DNA of 32,000 bases, taken from the NCBI RefSeq assembly GCF_052907965.1, contig NZ_CM128593.1; one strand, 5' to 3'. Each line of letters starts with the position of its first letter. Position 1 is the first letter of the stretch. Of this stretch, positions 18,891 through 29,597 are shown one piece after another. The notes under the pieces are model-generated. The model saw only the letters and a program-made list of their open reading frames with translations, made no database searches and had not been told where the DNA came from. The translations under genes were made by a program, and so were the position numbers.

Positions 18891-19013
18891 ATCCCACTGG
18901 TACCAGAACAGAACAATATTTTGCCTTACTCCGCTCGTCTGAAGTCAACTCAGAAGTCCGTCAATCCGGGACTGGTGAGGGCTTCGGCAACCTTTACCCT
19001 TGAATTTCAATAA
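18891..19013 (+). pseudogene. C-terminal 40 codons of a fimbrial subunit, fused in frame behind the usher fragment's stop codon
   Basis: Translation ...KSVNPGLVRASATFTLEFQ* is a typical type-1 pilin C-terminal beta-strand. No start codon or N-terminal portion is present. Confidence 0.5.
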
Positions 19014-19025
19014 TCAGAGTCAGAT

Positions 19026-19529
19026 ATGAAAAGACTTCACAAGAGGTTCCTGTTAGCTACGTTTTGCGCGTTATTCACAGCAACTCTCCAGGCCGCCGAT
19101 GTCACTATCACTGTTAATGGTCGGGTAGTCGCTAAACCCTGCACTATTCAAACCAAAGAAGCTAACGTTAATCTCGGGGATCTTTATACGCGCAATCTGC
19201 AACAACCTGGTTCTGCATCTGGCTGGCACAATATTACTTTGTCATTAACCGATTGTCCGGCTGAAACAAGTGCAGTGACGGCAATCGTGACAGGTTCAAC
19301 TGACAATACGGGTTATTACACAAATGAAGGTACTGCCGAAAATATTCAGATAGAGCTGAGGGATGACCAGGATGCGACGTTAAAAAATGGCGATAGCAAA
19401 ACGGTTATTGTTGATGAGATCACTCGTAATGCACAGTTTCCACTTAAGGCAAGAGCTATCACGGTGAATGGAAACGCAAGCCAGGGAACGATCGAGGCGC
19501 TAATCAATGTGATCTACACCTGGCAATAA
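19026..19529 (+). CDS. ydeR: Fimbrial minor subunit (FimF/FimG-like)
   Basis: Signal peptide ending LQA-ADV, the Cys pair of pilin domains, and the C-terminal motif ALINVIYTWQ. 167 aa. Context is upstream of the ydeQ-like adhesin. Confidence 0.75.
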   Translation: MKRLHKRFLLATFCALFTATLQAADVTITVNGRVVAKPCTIQTKEANVNLGDLYTRNLQQPGSASGWHNITLSLTDCPAETSAVTAIVTGSTDNTGYYTNEGTAENIQIELRDDQDATLKNGDSKTVIVDEITRNAQFPLKARAITVNGNASQGTIEALINVIYTWQ

Positions 19530-19588
19530 CATCGATTCGATTTTCTTAGCCTTCTTTTTAAATCAATTTTTTAACCTTAGGATATATC

Positions 19589-20503
19589 ATGGGTAAAACA
19601 ATCAGTATAAAGGTCCTGTTCGGTATTTATCTTCTATTAATGGCAGGCAAAGTTTTTGCCTTCAGTTGTAATTTCGATGGCGGGTCAAGTATTGGAGCTG
19701 GTACAACCTCTGTTTATGTTAATCTCGACCCTGTAATACAGCCGGGCCAGAATCTGGTTGTAGACTTGTCTCAGCATATAAGTTGCTGGAATGATTACGG
19801 CGGCTGGTACGACACTGATCATATAAACCTGGTACAAGGCTCAGCTTTCGCAGGCTCTCTACAGTCATATAAAGGATCGCTGTACTGGAATAATGTGACC
19901 TACCCCTTCCCGTTGACGACAAATACCAACGTATTGGATATTGGTGATAAGACACCGATGCCATTACCGTTAAAACTCTATATTACCCCAGTCGGGGCGG
20001 CCGGTGGAGTTGTCATAAAAGCCGGGGAAGTTATTGCCCGTATTCATATGTATAAAATTGCCACGTTAGGAAGCGGAAATCCGCGTAATTTTACGTGGAA
20101 TATTATTTCAAATAACAGTGTTGTTATGCCAACAGGCGGCTGCACTGTTGATAGTCGTAATGTCACCGTGAATCTCCCGGACTTTCCTGGAAGCGCAGAA
20201 ATCCCCCTTGGCGTATATTGCTCAAGTGAACAAAAGCTCTCATTTTATCTTTCGGGTGCTACCACTGACAGTGCTAAACAAGTGTTTGCTAACACAGCAC
20301 CAGATGCAACAAAAGCATCGGGAGTGGGTGTCTCTCTGATGCGTAATGGAAAAATACTGGCTACGGGAGAAAATGTCTCCCTGGGGACAGTAAATAAAAG
20401 CAAAGTACCTCTGGGTTTAAGCGCAACCTATGGACAAACAGGGAACAAAGTTTCAGCCGGAACCGTCCAGTCAGTCATTGGTGTCACTTTTATCTGTGAA
20501 TAA
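19589..20503 (+). CDS. ydeQ: FimH-like fimbrial adhesin
   Basis: 304 aa. Signal peptide ...GKVFA-FSC, an N-terminal lectin-like domain plus a pilin domain, ending VIGVTFICE. Position is upstream of ydeP. Confidence 0.75.
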   Translation: MGKTISIKVLFGIYLLLMAGKVFAFSCNFDGGSSIGAGTTSVYVNLDPVIQPGQNLVVDLSQHISCWNDYGGWYDTDHINLVQGSAFAGSLQSYKGSLYWNNVTYPFPLTTNTNVLDIGDKTPMPLPLKLYITPVGAAGGVVIKAGEVIARIHMYKIATLGSGNPRNFTWNIISNNSVVMPTGGCTVDSRNVTVNLPDFPGSAEIPLGVYCSSEQKLSFYLSGATTDSAKQVFANTAPDATKASGVGVSLMRNGKILATGENVSLGTVNKSKVPLGLSATYGQTGNKVSAGTVQSVIGVTFICE

Positions 20504-20577
20504 TTGTGATTTTGACCTTAGTCTATGCGCTCCATTCACGAAAATTGCGCGGATAATTATTTTGTGAAAGCTATTAT

Positions 20578-20602
20578 CCTACACCTGTAAGAAAATCCGC
20601 GC
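20578..20602 (+). promoter_or_regulatory. EvgA-box-like inverted repeat upstream of ydeP
   Basis: CCTACAccTGTAAGAAAATCCGCGC. Nearly the same 24-nt string recurs upstream of safA at 23237-23260. Confidence 0.5.
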
Positions 20603-20836
20603 ACAATTGAAGCCAGAGTCTTATTTTTTATATTGAAAAATATGTTAATTTAAACACTATGAGAGATGATGCTTACCTTATCGTATTTAATCTATGGTTT
20701 AACGATAATAGATTAAAAATAGAAAGAGAGTAGTCCCCTACTCTTATATATCCATGTTGGCGATAATCCCTTTGTATGTACTGTGCATCATCGCTATTAC
20801 AAATCCTAATAATTCATTTCCACACAGGATAAGTAG

Positions 20837-23116
20837 ATGAAGAAAAAAATTGAATCCTACCAGGGTGCTGCCGGTGGTTGGGGTGCTGTTAAATCCGTAG
20901 CGAATGCAGTACGTAAGCAGATGGATATACGCCAGGATGTTATTGCCATGTTTGACATGAATAAGCCAGAGGGCTTTGACTGTCCGGGTTGTGCATGGCC
21001 AGATCCTAAGCACAGTGCGTCATTCGACATTTGTGAAAACGGCGCAAAAGCAATCGCCTGGGAAGTCACGGATAAGCAGGTAAACGCCTCTTTCTTTGCT
21101 GAGAATACGGTTCAATCATTACTTACCTGGGGAGACCACGAGCTTGAGGCTGCGGGGCGACTCACTCAGCCTTTGAAATATGATGCCGTCAGCGACTGTT
21201 ACAAGCCATTAAGCTGGCAACAAGCTTTCAATGAAATTGGCGCACGCCTTCAAAGCTATAGTGATCCCAATCAGGTTGAATTCTATACTTCGGGCCGCAC
21301 TTCCAATGAAGCTGCCTTTCTTTATCAGCTTTTTGCCCGTGAATACGGGAGCAATAACTTTCCCGACTGCTCCAACATGTGCCATGAACCGACAAGCGTG
21401 GGTTTGGCAGCGAGTATCGGTGTAGGTAAAGGGACCGTGTTGCTGGAAGACTTTGAGAAGTGCGATTTAGTCATTTGCATTGGGCATAACCCTGGTACAA
21501 ACCACCCTCGCATGCTGACTTCGTTGCGCGCTTTAGTGAAACGGGGAGCGAAAATGATCGCCATCAATCCTCTACAGGAACGTGGCCTGGAGCGATTTAC
21601 CGCACCGCAAAACCCGTTTGAAATGCTGACGAACTCTGAGACTCAGTTGGCCAGTGCCTACTACAACGTGCGCATTGGTGGCGATATGGCGTTGCTCAAG
21701 GGGATGATGCGCCTGTTAATTGAGCGCGATGATGCTGCAAGTGCCGCAGGTCGGCCCTCATTGCTGGATGACGAATTTATTCAAACGCATACCGTCGGCT
21801 TTGACGAGCTACGCCGTGACGTTCTCAATTCCGAGTGGAAAGATATCGAACGTATTTCTGGACTAAGTCAGACACAAATCGCCGAACTGGCTGATGCATA
21901 TGCCGCTGCCGAACGCACCATTATCTGTTACGGAATGGGGATCACTCAGCACGAACATGGTACCCAGAATGTACAGCAACTGGTCAATCTGCTGTTGATG
22001 AAAGGTAACATTGGCAAGCCTGGTGCGGGTATCTGCCCACTACGTGGCCACTCTAATGTACAGGGCGACCGAACCGTCGGTATCACCGAGAAACCGTCTG
22101 CAGAGTTTCTGGCTCGCCTGGGTGAGCGCTATGGCTTCACACCACCTCAAGCACCTGGACATGCTGCAATTGCCAGCATGCAAGCAATATGTTCAGGGCA
22201 GGCTCGAGCATTGATCTGCATGGGGGGCAACTTTGCACTGGCAATGCCAGATCGGGAAGCGAGCGCTGTACCGTTAACGCAATTAGATCTGGCGGTACAC
22301 GTAGCCACTAAGCTTAACCGCTCTCATCTGCTGACCGCACGGCATAGCTATATTCTGCCGGTTCTGGGACGTAGCGAGATTGACATGCAAAAAAGCGGTG
22401 CGCAGGCGGTAACCGTTGAGGATTCAATGTCGATGATTCATGCCTCGCGTGGCGTGTTAAAACCCGCCGATGTAATGCTGAAATCAGAGTGTGCAGTGGT
22501 CGCGGGAATCGCGCAGGCAGCACTACCCCAGAGCGTGGTAGCCTGGGAGTATCTGGTGGAAGATTATGATCGCATTCGCAATGACATTGAAGCTGTGCTG
22601 CCAGAGTTCGCCGATTATAACCAGCGCATCCGACATCCTGGAGGTTTTCACCTGATAAATGCAGCTGCTGAAAGGCGCTGGATGACGCCGTCAGGTAAGG
22701 CTAATTTCATTACCAGCAAAGGGCTGTTAGAAGATCCCTCTTCAGCGTTTAACAGTAAGCTGGTCATGGCGACAGTACGCAGTCACGATCAGTACAACAC
22801 GACGATTTATGGTATGGATGATCGTTATCGAGGGGTATTCGGTCAACGAGATGTGGTCTTTATGAGTGCTAAACAAGCTAAAATTTGCCGTGTAAAAAAC
22901 GGCGAAAGAGTTAATCTTATTGCGCTTACGCCAGACGGTAAGCGCAGCTCACGCCGCATGGATAGATTAAAAGTGGTCATTTACCCTATGGCTGACCGCT
23001 CACTGGTGACCTATTTTCCAGAATCGAATCACATGCTAACACTTGATAACCACGATCCATTAAGTGGCATTCCTGGCTATAAAAGTATTCCGGTTGAATT
23101 AGAACCATCAAATTAA
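20837..23116 (+). CDS. ydeP: Molybdopterin (formate dehydrogenase-like) oxidoreductase, acid-resistance protein YdeP
   Basis: 759 aa. The N-terminus [21 protein letters not shown] and CPGCAWPD cysteine motif match my recollection of E. coli YdeP. Context is with safA-ydeO. Confidence 0.9.
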   Translation: MKKKIESYQGAAGGWGAVKSVANAVRKQMDIRQDVIAMFDMNKPEGFDCPGCAWPDPKHSASFDICENGAKAIAWEVTDKQVNASFFAENTVQSLLTWGDHELEAAGRLTQPLKYDAVSDCYKPLSWQQAFNEIGARLQSYSDPNQVEFYTSGRTSNEAAFLYQLFAREYGSNNFPDCSNMCHEPTSVGLAASIGVGKGTVLLEDFEKCDLVICIGHNPGTNHPRMLTSLRALVKRGAKMIAINPLQERGLERFTAPQNPFEMLTNSETQLASAYYNVRIGGDMALLKGMMRLLIERDDAASAAGRPSLLDDEFIQTHTVGFDELRRDVLNSEWKDIERISGLSQTQIAELADAYAAAERTIICYGMGITQHEHGTQNVQQLVNLLLMKGNIGKPGAGICPLRGHSNVQGDRTVGITEKPSAEFLARLGERYGFTPPQAPGHAAIASMQAICSGQARALICMGGNFALAMPDREASAVPLTQLDLAVHVATKLNRSHLLTARHSYILPVLGRSEIDMQKSGAQAVTVEDSMSMIHASRGVLKPADVMLKSECAVVAGIAQAALPQSVVAWEYLVEDYDRIRNDIEAVLPEFADYNQRIRHPGGFHLINAAAERRWMTPSGKANFITSKGLLEDPSSAFNSKLVMATVRSHDQYNTTIYGMDDRYRGVFGQRDVVFMSAKQAKICRVKNGERVNLIALTPDGKRSSRRMDRLKVVIYPMADRSLVTYFPESNHMLTLDNHDPLSGIPGYKSIPVELEPSN

Positions 23117-23129
23117 TGCCTCTTCTCAT

Positions 23130-23165
23130 TTCTTCTGCTGTCATCCGCACAGCAGAAGAATTCCT
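23130..23165 (+). terminator. Rho-independent terminator after ydeP
   Basis: 12-bp perfect stem TTCTTCTGCTGT-catccgc-ACAGCAGAAGAA followed by TTCCTCATT. Confidence 0.6.
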
Positions 23166-23236
23166 CATTGACTATTATCGCGCAATTTGCTCACATGGAT
23201 TAAATTAAACTACATACTATAAGATATAAACTTCTG

Positions 23237-23260
23237 CCTACAGCTGTAAGAAACTCCGCT
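23237..23260 (+). promoter_or_regulatory. EvgA-box-like inverted repeat upstream of safA-ydeO
   Basis: CCTACAgcTGTAAGAAACTCCGCT, paralogous to 20578-20602. The similarity continues downstream (TGAAGC..AGTC.TATTT). Confidence 0.5.
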
Positions 23261-23363
23261 CAGTACTGAAGCACCAGTCCTATTTCCTCTTTTCTCCAGC
23301 CTGTTATATTAAGCATACTGATTAACGATTTTTAACGTTATCCGCTAAATAAACATATTTGAA

Positions 23364-23561
23364 ATGCATTCGACCACAGTGAAAAACAAAATCACGCAAA
23401 GAGACAACTATAAAGAAATCATGTTTGTAATTGTGGTTGTCTTATTACTGACCCTTACGTTGATAGCCATTTTTTCGGCAATTGATCAGCTGGGCATTTC
23501 AGAAATGGGTCGCATTGCAAGAGATCTTACACATTTCATTATCAATAGTTTGCAAGACTGA
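23364..23561 (+). CDS. safA: SafA, small membrane connector between the EvgS/EvgA and PhoQ/PhoP systems
   Basis: 65 aa with a single TM helix (VIVVVLLLTLTLIAIFSAI). The sequence ...GRIARDLTHFIINSLQD matches my recollection of SafA. Lies directly upstream of ydeO. Confidence 0.85.
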   Translation: MHSTTVKNKITQRDNYKEIMFVIVVVLLLTLTLIAIFSAIDQLGISEMGRIARDLTHFIINSLQD

Positions 23562-23635
23562 AAATAAACAGCAAATTATAAATATGAAATGTTAAAAAAG
23601 TATCGATAAAAACTTTATTGTTTTAAGGAGATAAA

Positions 23636-24397
23636 ATGTCGCTCGTTTGTTCTGTTATATTTATTCATCATGCCTTCAACGCTAACATTTTAGATAAAGA
23701 TTACGCCTTCTCTGACGGCGAGATCCTGATGGTAGATAACGCTGTTCGTACGCATTTTGAACCTTATGAGCGGCATTTTAAAGAAATCGGATTTAATGAA
23801 AATACCATTAAAAAATATCTACAATGCACTAACATCCAGACAGTGACGGTGCCTGTTCCTGCGAAGTTTTTACGTGCTTCTAATGTACCGACTGGATTGC
23901 TTAATGAAATGATTGCTTATCTCAACTCGGAAGAACGCAATCATCATAATTTTTCAGAACTTTTGCTTTTTTCTTGCCTGTCTATTTTTGCCGCATGCAA
24001 AGGTTTCATTACACTATTAACTAACGGTGTGCTATCCGTTTCCGGGAAAGTGAGAAATATTGTCAACATGAAGCTGGCGCACCCATGGAAGCTGAAAGAT
24101 ATTTGTGACTGCCTGTACATCAGTGAAAGCCTGTTGAAGAAAAAACTTAAGCAAGAGCAAACGACATTCTCACAGATTCTTTTAGATGCCAGAATGCAGC
24201 ACGCAAAAAATTTGATACGCGTAGAAGGTTCAGTCAATAAAATTGCCGAACAATGTGGTTATGCCAGTACATCTTATTTTATTTATGCGTTCCGCAAACA
24301 TTTCGGCAACAGTCCGAAGAGAGTTTCTAAGGAGTACCGTTGTCAAAGGCACACCGGTATGAACACGGACAACACGATGAGTGCTTTAGCTATTTGA
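23636..24397 (+). CDS. ydeO: AraC-family acid-resistance regulator YdeO
   Basis: 253 aa. C-terminal AraC HTH (IAEQCGYASTSYFIYAFRKHFGNSPKR). Synteny ydeP-safA-ydeO-ydeN. Confidence 0.9.
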   Translation: MSLVCSVIFIHHAFNANILDKDYAFSDGEILMVDNAVRTHFEPYERHFKEIGFNENTIKKYLQCTNIQTVTVPVPAKFLRASNVPTGLLNEMIAYLNSEERNHHNFSELLLFSCLSIFAACKGFITLLTNGVLSVSGKVRNIVNMKLAHPWKLKDICDCLYISESLLKKKLKQEQTTFSQILLDARMQHAKNLIRVEGSVNKIAEQCGYASTSYFIYAFRKHFGNSPKRVSKEYRCQRHTGMNTDNTMSALAI

Positions 24398-24445
24398 TTA
24401 TTTGCTAACGGGTAGTCAACCACACACGCTACGTAAGAATTAAAT

Positions 24446-24478
24446 GGGGCAGCCATTCCTTGCCCCGCGTTGTTTTTA
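24446..24478 (+). terminator. Putative terminator after ydeO
   Basis: GGGGCA-gccattcct-TGCCCC, then GCGTTGTTTTT. Confidence 0.45.
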
Positions 24479-24798
24479 GGCGATATATTTATTGAAATAA
24501 ATAAGTGACATTCATCACATATTTATGCATTTGCATAACCTATTGCATGATTATTTATGATCTCAATTCGGCATTTTGTCAGTAAAATACAATAATTTAT
24601 TAAATATCAATAGATTAGTTGTTTATCGGCGAGAAATTACTTAGTAGAACAGAAAGTAATGTCAACGCTTTATGGACTGTTATTTCCCTTTTTTTAGCTA
24701 AATCTGCTATCTCTTTATGTGACTAACTTCACTTACATCCACTTATTTCTCTTCGTAAAATTACTTTGGAATTAAGTACAATAAGAAGAGGAACATTT

Positions 24799-26481
24799 AT
24801 GAAGTCTGCATTAAAGAAAAGTGTCGTAAGTACCTCGATATCTTTGATACTGGCATCTGGTATGGCTGCATTTGCTGCTCATGCGGCAGATGATGTAAAG
24901 CTGAAAGCAACCAAAACAAACGTTGCTTTCTCAGACTTTACGCCGACTGAATACAGTACCAAAGGAAAGCCAAATATTATCGTACTGACCATGGATGATC
25001 TTGGTTATGGACAACTTCCTTTTGATAAGGGATCTTTTGACCCAAAAACAATGGAAAATCGTGAAGTTGTCGATACCTACAAAATAGGGATAGATAAAGC
25101 CATTGAAGCTGCACAAAAATCAACGCCGACGCTCCTTTCATTAATGGATGAAGGCGTACGTTTTACTAACGGCTATGTGGCACACGGTGTTTCCGGCCCC
25201 TCCCGCGCCGCAATAATGACCGGTCGAGCTCCCGCCCGCTTTGGTGTCTATTCCAATACCGATGCTCAGGATGGTATTCCGCTCACAGAAACTTTCTTGC
25301 CTGAATTATTCCAGAATCATGGTTATTACACTGCAGCAGTAGGTAAATGGCACTTGTCAAAAATCAGTAATGTGCCGGTACCGGAAGATAAACAAACACG
25401 TGACTATCATGACAACTTCACCACATTTTCTGCGGAAGAATGGCAACCGCAAAACCGTGGCTTTGATTACTTTATGGGATTCCACGCTGCAGGAACGGCA
25501 TATTACAACTCCCCTTCACTGTTCAAAAATCGTGAACGTGTCCCCGCAAAAGGTTATATCAGCGATCAGTTAACCGATGAGGCAATTGGCGTTGTTGATC
25601 GTGCCAAAACACTTGACCAGCCTTTTATGCTTTACCTGGCTTATAATGCTCCGCACCTGCCAAATGATAATCCTGCACCGGAGCAATATCAGAAGCAATT
25701 TAATACCGGTAGTCAAACAGCAGATAACTACTACGCTTCCGTTTATTCTGTTGATCAGGGTGTAAAACGCATTCTCGAACAACTGAAGAAAAACGGACAG
25801 TATGACAATACAATTATTCTCTTTACCTCCGATAATGGTGCGGTTATCGATGGCCCTCTGCCGCTGAACGGGGCGCAAAAAGGCTATAAGAGTCAGACCT
25901 ATCCTGGCGGTACTCACACCCCAATGTTTATGTGGTGGAAAGGAAAACTTCAACCCGGTAATTATGACAAGCTGATTTCCGCAATGGATTTCTACCCGAC
26001 AGCTCTTGATGCAGCCGATATCAGCATTCCAAAAGACCTTAAGCTGGATGGCGTTTCCTTGCTGCCCTGGTTGCAAGATAAGAAACAAGGCGAGCCACAT
26101 AAAAATCTGACCTGGATAACCTCTTATTCTCACTGGTTTGATGAGGAAAATATTCCATTCTGGGATAATTACCACAAATTTGTCCGTCATCAGTCAGACG
26201 ATTACCCGCATAACCCCAACACTGAGGACTTAAGCCAATTCTCTTATACGGTGAGAAATAACGATTATTCGCTTGTCTATACAGTAGAAAACAATCAGTT
26301 AGGTCTCTACAAACTGACGGATCTACAGCAAAAAGATAACCTTGCCGCCGCCAATCCGCAGGTCGTTAAAGAGATGCAAGGCGTGGTAAGAGAGTTTATC
26401 GACAGCAGCCAGCCACCGCTTAGCGAGGTAAATCAGGAGAAGTTTAACAATATCAAGAAAGCACTAAGCGAAGCGAAATAA
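24799..26481 (+). CDS. ydeN: Ser-type sulfatase YdeN (secreted)
   Basis: Signal peptide MKSALKKSVVSTSISLILASGMAAFAAHA. Sulfatase signature SGPSRAAIMTGR (S-x-P-x-R). ATG at 24799 with AAGAGGAA SD; the track ORF starts at an upstream TTG (24766). Confidence 0.85.
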   Translation: MKSALKKSVVSTSISLILASGMAAFAAHAADDVKLKATKTNVAFSDFTPTEYSTKGKPNIIVLTMDDLGYGQLPFDKGSFDPKTMENREVVDTYKIGIDKAIEAAQKSTPTLLSLMDEGVRFTNGYVAHGVSGPSRAAIMTGRAPARFGVYSNTDAQDGIPLTETFLPELFQNHGYYTAAVGKWHLSKISNVPVPEDKQTRDYHDNFTTFSAEEWQPQNRGFDYFMGFHAAGTAYYNSPSLFKNRERVPAKGYISDQLTDEAIGVVDRAKTLDQPFMLYLAYNAPHLPNDNPAPEQYQKQFNTGSQTADNYYASVYSVDQGVKRILEQLKKNGQYDNTIILFTSDNGAVIDGPLPLNGAQKGYKSQTYPGGTHTPMFMWWKGKLQPGNYDKLISAMDFYPTALDAADISIPKDLKLDGVSLLPWLQDKKQGEPHKNLTWITSYSHWFDEENIPFWDNYHKFVRHQSDDYPHNPNTEDLSQFSYTVRNNDYSLVYTVENNQLGLYKLTDLQQKDNLAAANPQVVKEMQGVVREFIDSSQPPLSEVNQEKFNNIKKALSEAK

Positions 26482-26493
26482 CTAAACCTTCAT

Positions 26494-26513
26494 GCGGCGG
26501 ATTTTTCCGCCGC
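26494..26513 (+). terminator. Hairpin after ydeN (weak terminator or attenuator before ydeM)
   Basis: GCGGCGG-attttt-CCGCCGC. Only a short T-rich tail (CTTATT) follows. Confidence 0.35.
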
Positions 26514-26532
26514 CTTATTGAGCGAGATAGCG

Positions 26533-27690
26533 ATGCACGTTACAGCCAAGCCCTACAGTTTTCAATGTAATCTCAAATGTGATTACTGTTTTTACCTTGA
26601 AAAAGAGTCGCAGTTTACTCATGAAAAATGGATGGATGACAGCACTCTGAAAGAGTTCATCAAACAATATATCGCAGCGTCTGGCAATCAGGTCTATTTT
26701 ACCTGGCAAGGCGGTGAACCCACTCTGGCTGGCCTGGATTTTTTCCGTAAAGTTATTCACTATCAACAACGCTATGCAGGCCAAAAACGTATTTTTAATG
26801 CATTACAAACGAATGGCATTTTATTGAATAATGAATGGTGTGCCTTTCTCAAAGAACATGAGTTTCTGGTTGGTATCTCGATCGATGGACCCCAGGAGCT
26901 ACATGACCGTTACAGACGCAGTAATTCAGGTAACGGTACTTTTGCAAAAGTGATAGCAGCCATCGAGCGTCTGAAATCATATCAAGTAGAGTTTAATACG
27001 TTAACCGTCATTAATAACGTTAATGTCCATTACCCTCTTGAGGTTTATCATTTTTTAAAATCTATCGGCAGTAAACATATGCAATTTATCGAATTGCTCG
27101 AAACCGGGACGCCGAATATTGATTTCAGTGGTCATAGTGAGAACACATTCCGCATCATTGATTTTTCTGTGCCTCCCACGGCTTATGGCAAGTTTATGTC
27201 AACCATTTTTATGCAATGGGTTAAAAACGATGTGGGTGAAATTTTCATCCGTCAGTTTGAAAGCTTTGTCAGCCGTTTTTTGGGGAATGGGCATACCAGT
27301 TGTATTTTCCAGGAGTCCTGCAAGGATAATCTGGTTGTTGAAAGTAATGGAGACATTTACGAATGCGACCATTTTGTCTATCCACAGTACAAAATTGGAA
27401 ACATTAATAAATCTGAACTCAAAACGACGAACAGTGTACAACTGACAGCGCAAAAAAAACGGATTTCAGCGAAATGTCTGAAATGTGTATATAAACCTAT
27501 CTGCAATGGCGGTTGTCCTAAGCATCGTATTACTAAAGTAAACAATGAGACTGTTTCTTATTTTTGCGAAGGTTATAAAATCCTTTTTTCAACCATGGTA
27601 CCTTATATGAACGCCATGGTGGAGTTAGCTAAGAACAGAGTACCGCTTTACCACATTATGGATGTTGCAAAACAAATGGAGAATAATTAA
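26533..27690 (+). CDS. ydeM: Radical-SAM anaerobic sulfatase-maturating enzyme homologue YdeM
   Basis: [10 protein letters not shown] (CxxxCxxC) plus C-terminal SPASM-type cysteine clusters (CIFQESC...ECDH; [18 protein letters not shown]). MHVTAK start at 26533. Adjacent to the Ser-type sulfatase. Confidence 0.85.
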   Translation: MHVTAKPYSFQCNLKCDYCFYLEKESQFTHEKWMDDSTLKEFIKQYIAASGNQVYFTWQGGEPTLAGLDFFRKVIHYQQRYAGQKRIFNALQTNGILLNNEWCAFLKEHEFLVGISIDGPQELHDRYRRSNSGNGTFAKVIAAIERLKSYQVEFNTLTVINNVNVHYPLEVYHFLKSIGSKHMQFIELLETGTPNIDFSGHSENTFRIIDFSVPPTAYGKFMSTIFMQWVKNDVGEIFIRQFESFVSRFLGNGHTSCIFQESCKDNLVVESNGDIYECDHFVYPQYKIGNINKSELKTTNSVQLTAQKKRISAKCLKCVYKPICNGGCPKHRITKVNNETVSYFCEGYKILFSTMVPYMNAMVELAKNRVPLYHIMDVAKQMENN

Positions 27691-28899
27691 TAACGCTCCC
27701 TCTTTGCTCCAGTCTTAGCCTCCTTCTTATGGCCTTAACAAGACACCCGACATAAATTCCTGTTGGGTGTTTCGTCATATCATCTTCCCTTGCGAAAATC
27801 CTGGCATACGTGGTATGCGTCAGGGCATTAGCAATACCCTTGATTATCAATAGCATAACCATAACCACTGAAAATTAAATATTTCTATATATTTCATATT
27901 GTTAAATGATACTTAAATAAATTTCATCAGTAAATCATTGCCATAGATAATCATTGGATGGCACAATCAATTTTCGCTAATGATAACCATTCCCATTACG
28001 TTTTGTATGTTGATAGCAAAGTATCTCTGTCTGCTGAAGCCCTTTTGGCTGCGTAAGAATAATAAAACTTCAGTGTTGTTAATCATTATTATCCTCGCCA
28101 TGATCCTTGGCGTGGTTAAAATTCAGGTCTGGTTAAACGACTGGAATAATGATTTTTTCAATGCGCTAAGCCAGAAAGAAACCGATAAGCTTTGGCAGCT
28201 TGTCCTTTGGTTCCTTGCCCTGCTGGGGATCTTTGTATTAATATCAGTAAACAAAACATGGTTAATTAAACTGCTGACTATTCGCTGGCGCGAATGGTTA
28301 ACAGATTACTACCTTAATCGGTGGTTTGCAGATAAAAACTACTACTTCACGCAGATCTACGGCGAGCATAAAAATACAGATAACCCTGACCAACGTATCG
28401 CTGAAGACATTCTCTTACTGATCAGCAAAACGCTCAGTCTTTCATTTGGCTTCATCCAGTCACTTAGCATGCTGATCACCTTTACCGTTATTCTTTGGCA
28501 AAGCGCGGGTACGCTCTCATTCACTGTTGGTGGAACAGAATGGAATATCCAGGGGTATATGGTCTATACCGTCGTGCTCATTGTGATCGGTGGAACTTTA
28601 TTTACCCATAAGGTGGGTAAACGTATTCGTCCGCTTAATGTGGAAAAACAACGTAGCGAAGCGACATTTCGAACTAATCTTGTGCAGCATAATAAACAGG
28701 CAGAACTGATTGCGCTAAGCAATGCTGAGTCTCTACAACGCCAGGAGTTGAGCGACAATTTTCATACCATTAAAGAGAACTGGCATCGTTTAATGAATCG
28801 TCAGCGGTGGCTTGATTACTGGCAGAATATTTATTCGCGCTCGCGGTGATGCTGCCAACTTACTGATTTAGTGTATGATGGTGTTTTTGAGGTGCTCCA

Positions 28900-29175
28900 G
28901 TGGCTTCTGTTTCTATCAGCTGTCCCTCCTGTTCAGCTACTGACGGGGTGGTGCGTAACGGCAAAAGCACTGCCGGACATCAGCGCTATCTCTGCTCTCA
29001 CTGCCGTAAAACATGGCAACTGCAGTTCACTTACACCGCTTCTCAACCCGGTACGCACCAGAAAATCATTGATATGGCCATGAATGGCGTTGGATGCCGG
29101 GCAACTGCCCGCATTATGGGCGTTGGCCTCAACACGATTTTACGTCACTTAAAAAACTCAGGCCGCAGTCGGTAA
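28900..29175 (+). CDS. insA: IS1 InsA (DNA-binding inhibitor and N-terminal part of the transposase)
   Basis: 91 aa, [39 protein letters not shown] zinc-finger motif. Confidence 0.9.
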
Positions 29176-29597
29176 CCTCGCGCATACAGCCGGGCAGTGA
29201 CGTCATCGTCTGCGCGGAAATGGGCGAACAGTGGGGCTATGTCGGGGCTAAATCGCGCCAGCGCTGGCTGTTTTACGCGTATGACAGGCTCCGGAAGACG
29301 GTTGTTGCGCACGTATTCGGTGAACGCACGATGGCGACGCTGGGGCGTCTTATGAGCCTGCTGTCACCCTTTGACGTGGTGATATGGATGACGGATGGCT
29401 GGCCGCTGTATGAATCCCGCCTGAAGGGAAAGCTGCACGTAATCAGCAAGCGATATACGCAGCGAATTGAGCGGCATAACCTGAATCTGAGGCAGCACCT
29501 GGCACGGCTGGGACGGAAGTCGCTGTCGTTCTCAAAATCGGTGGAGCTGCATGACAAAGTCATCGGGCATTATCTGAACATAAAACACTATCAATAA
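29094..29597 (+). CDS. insB: IS1 InsB frame (expressed as the InsAB' transposase fusion after the frameshift)
   Basis: 167-aa frame ...[33 protein letters not shown]...HYLNIKHYQ. Confidence 0.85.
29149..29157 (+). other. IS1 programmed -1 frameshift site
   Basis: TTAAAAAAC slippery A6C run in the insA/insB overlap. Confidence 0.7.

Noticed and set aside
25570-26190. A 206-aa minus-strand ORF inside ydeN, and other shadow ORFs in ydeP, ydeO, ydeM and yddA.
   Set aside because: They are antisense to well-supported genes with clear family motifs and have no start signals.
27656-27868. A 70-aa minus-strand ORF in the ydeM-yddA intergenic region.
   Set aside because: It overlaps the 3' end of ydeM, and I recognise no SD or motif. 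The region looks like ordinary AT-rich promoter DNA for yddA.
28871-29083. A 70-aa ORF inside IS1 in a third frame.
   Set aside because: It overlaps insA in another frame. IS1 coding capacity is fully explained by insA, insB and the InsAB' fusion.
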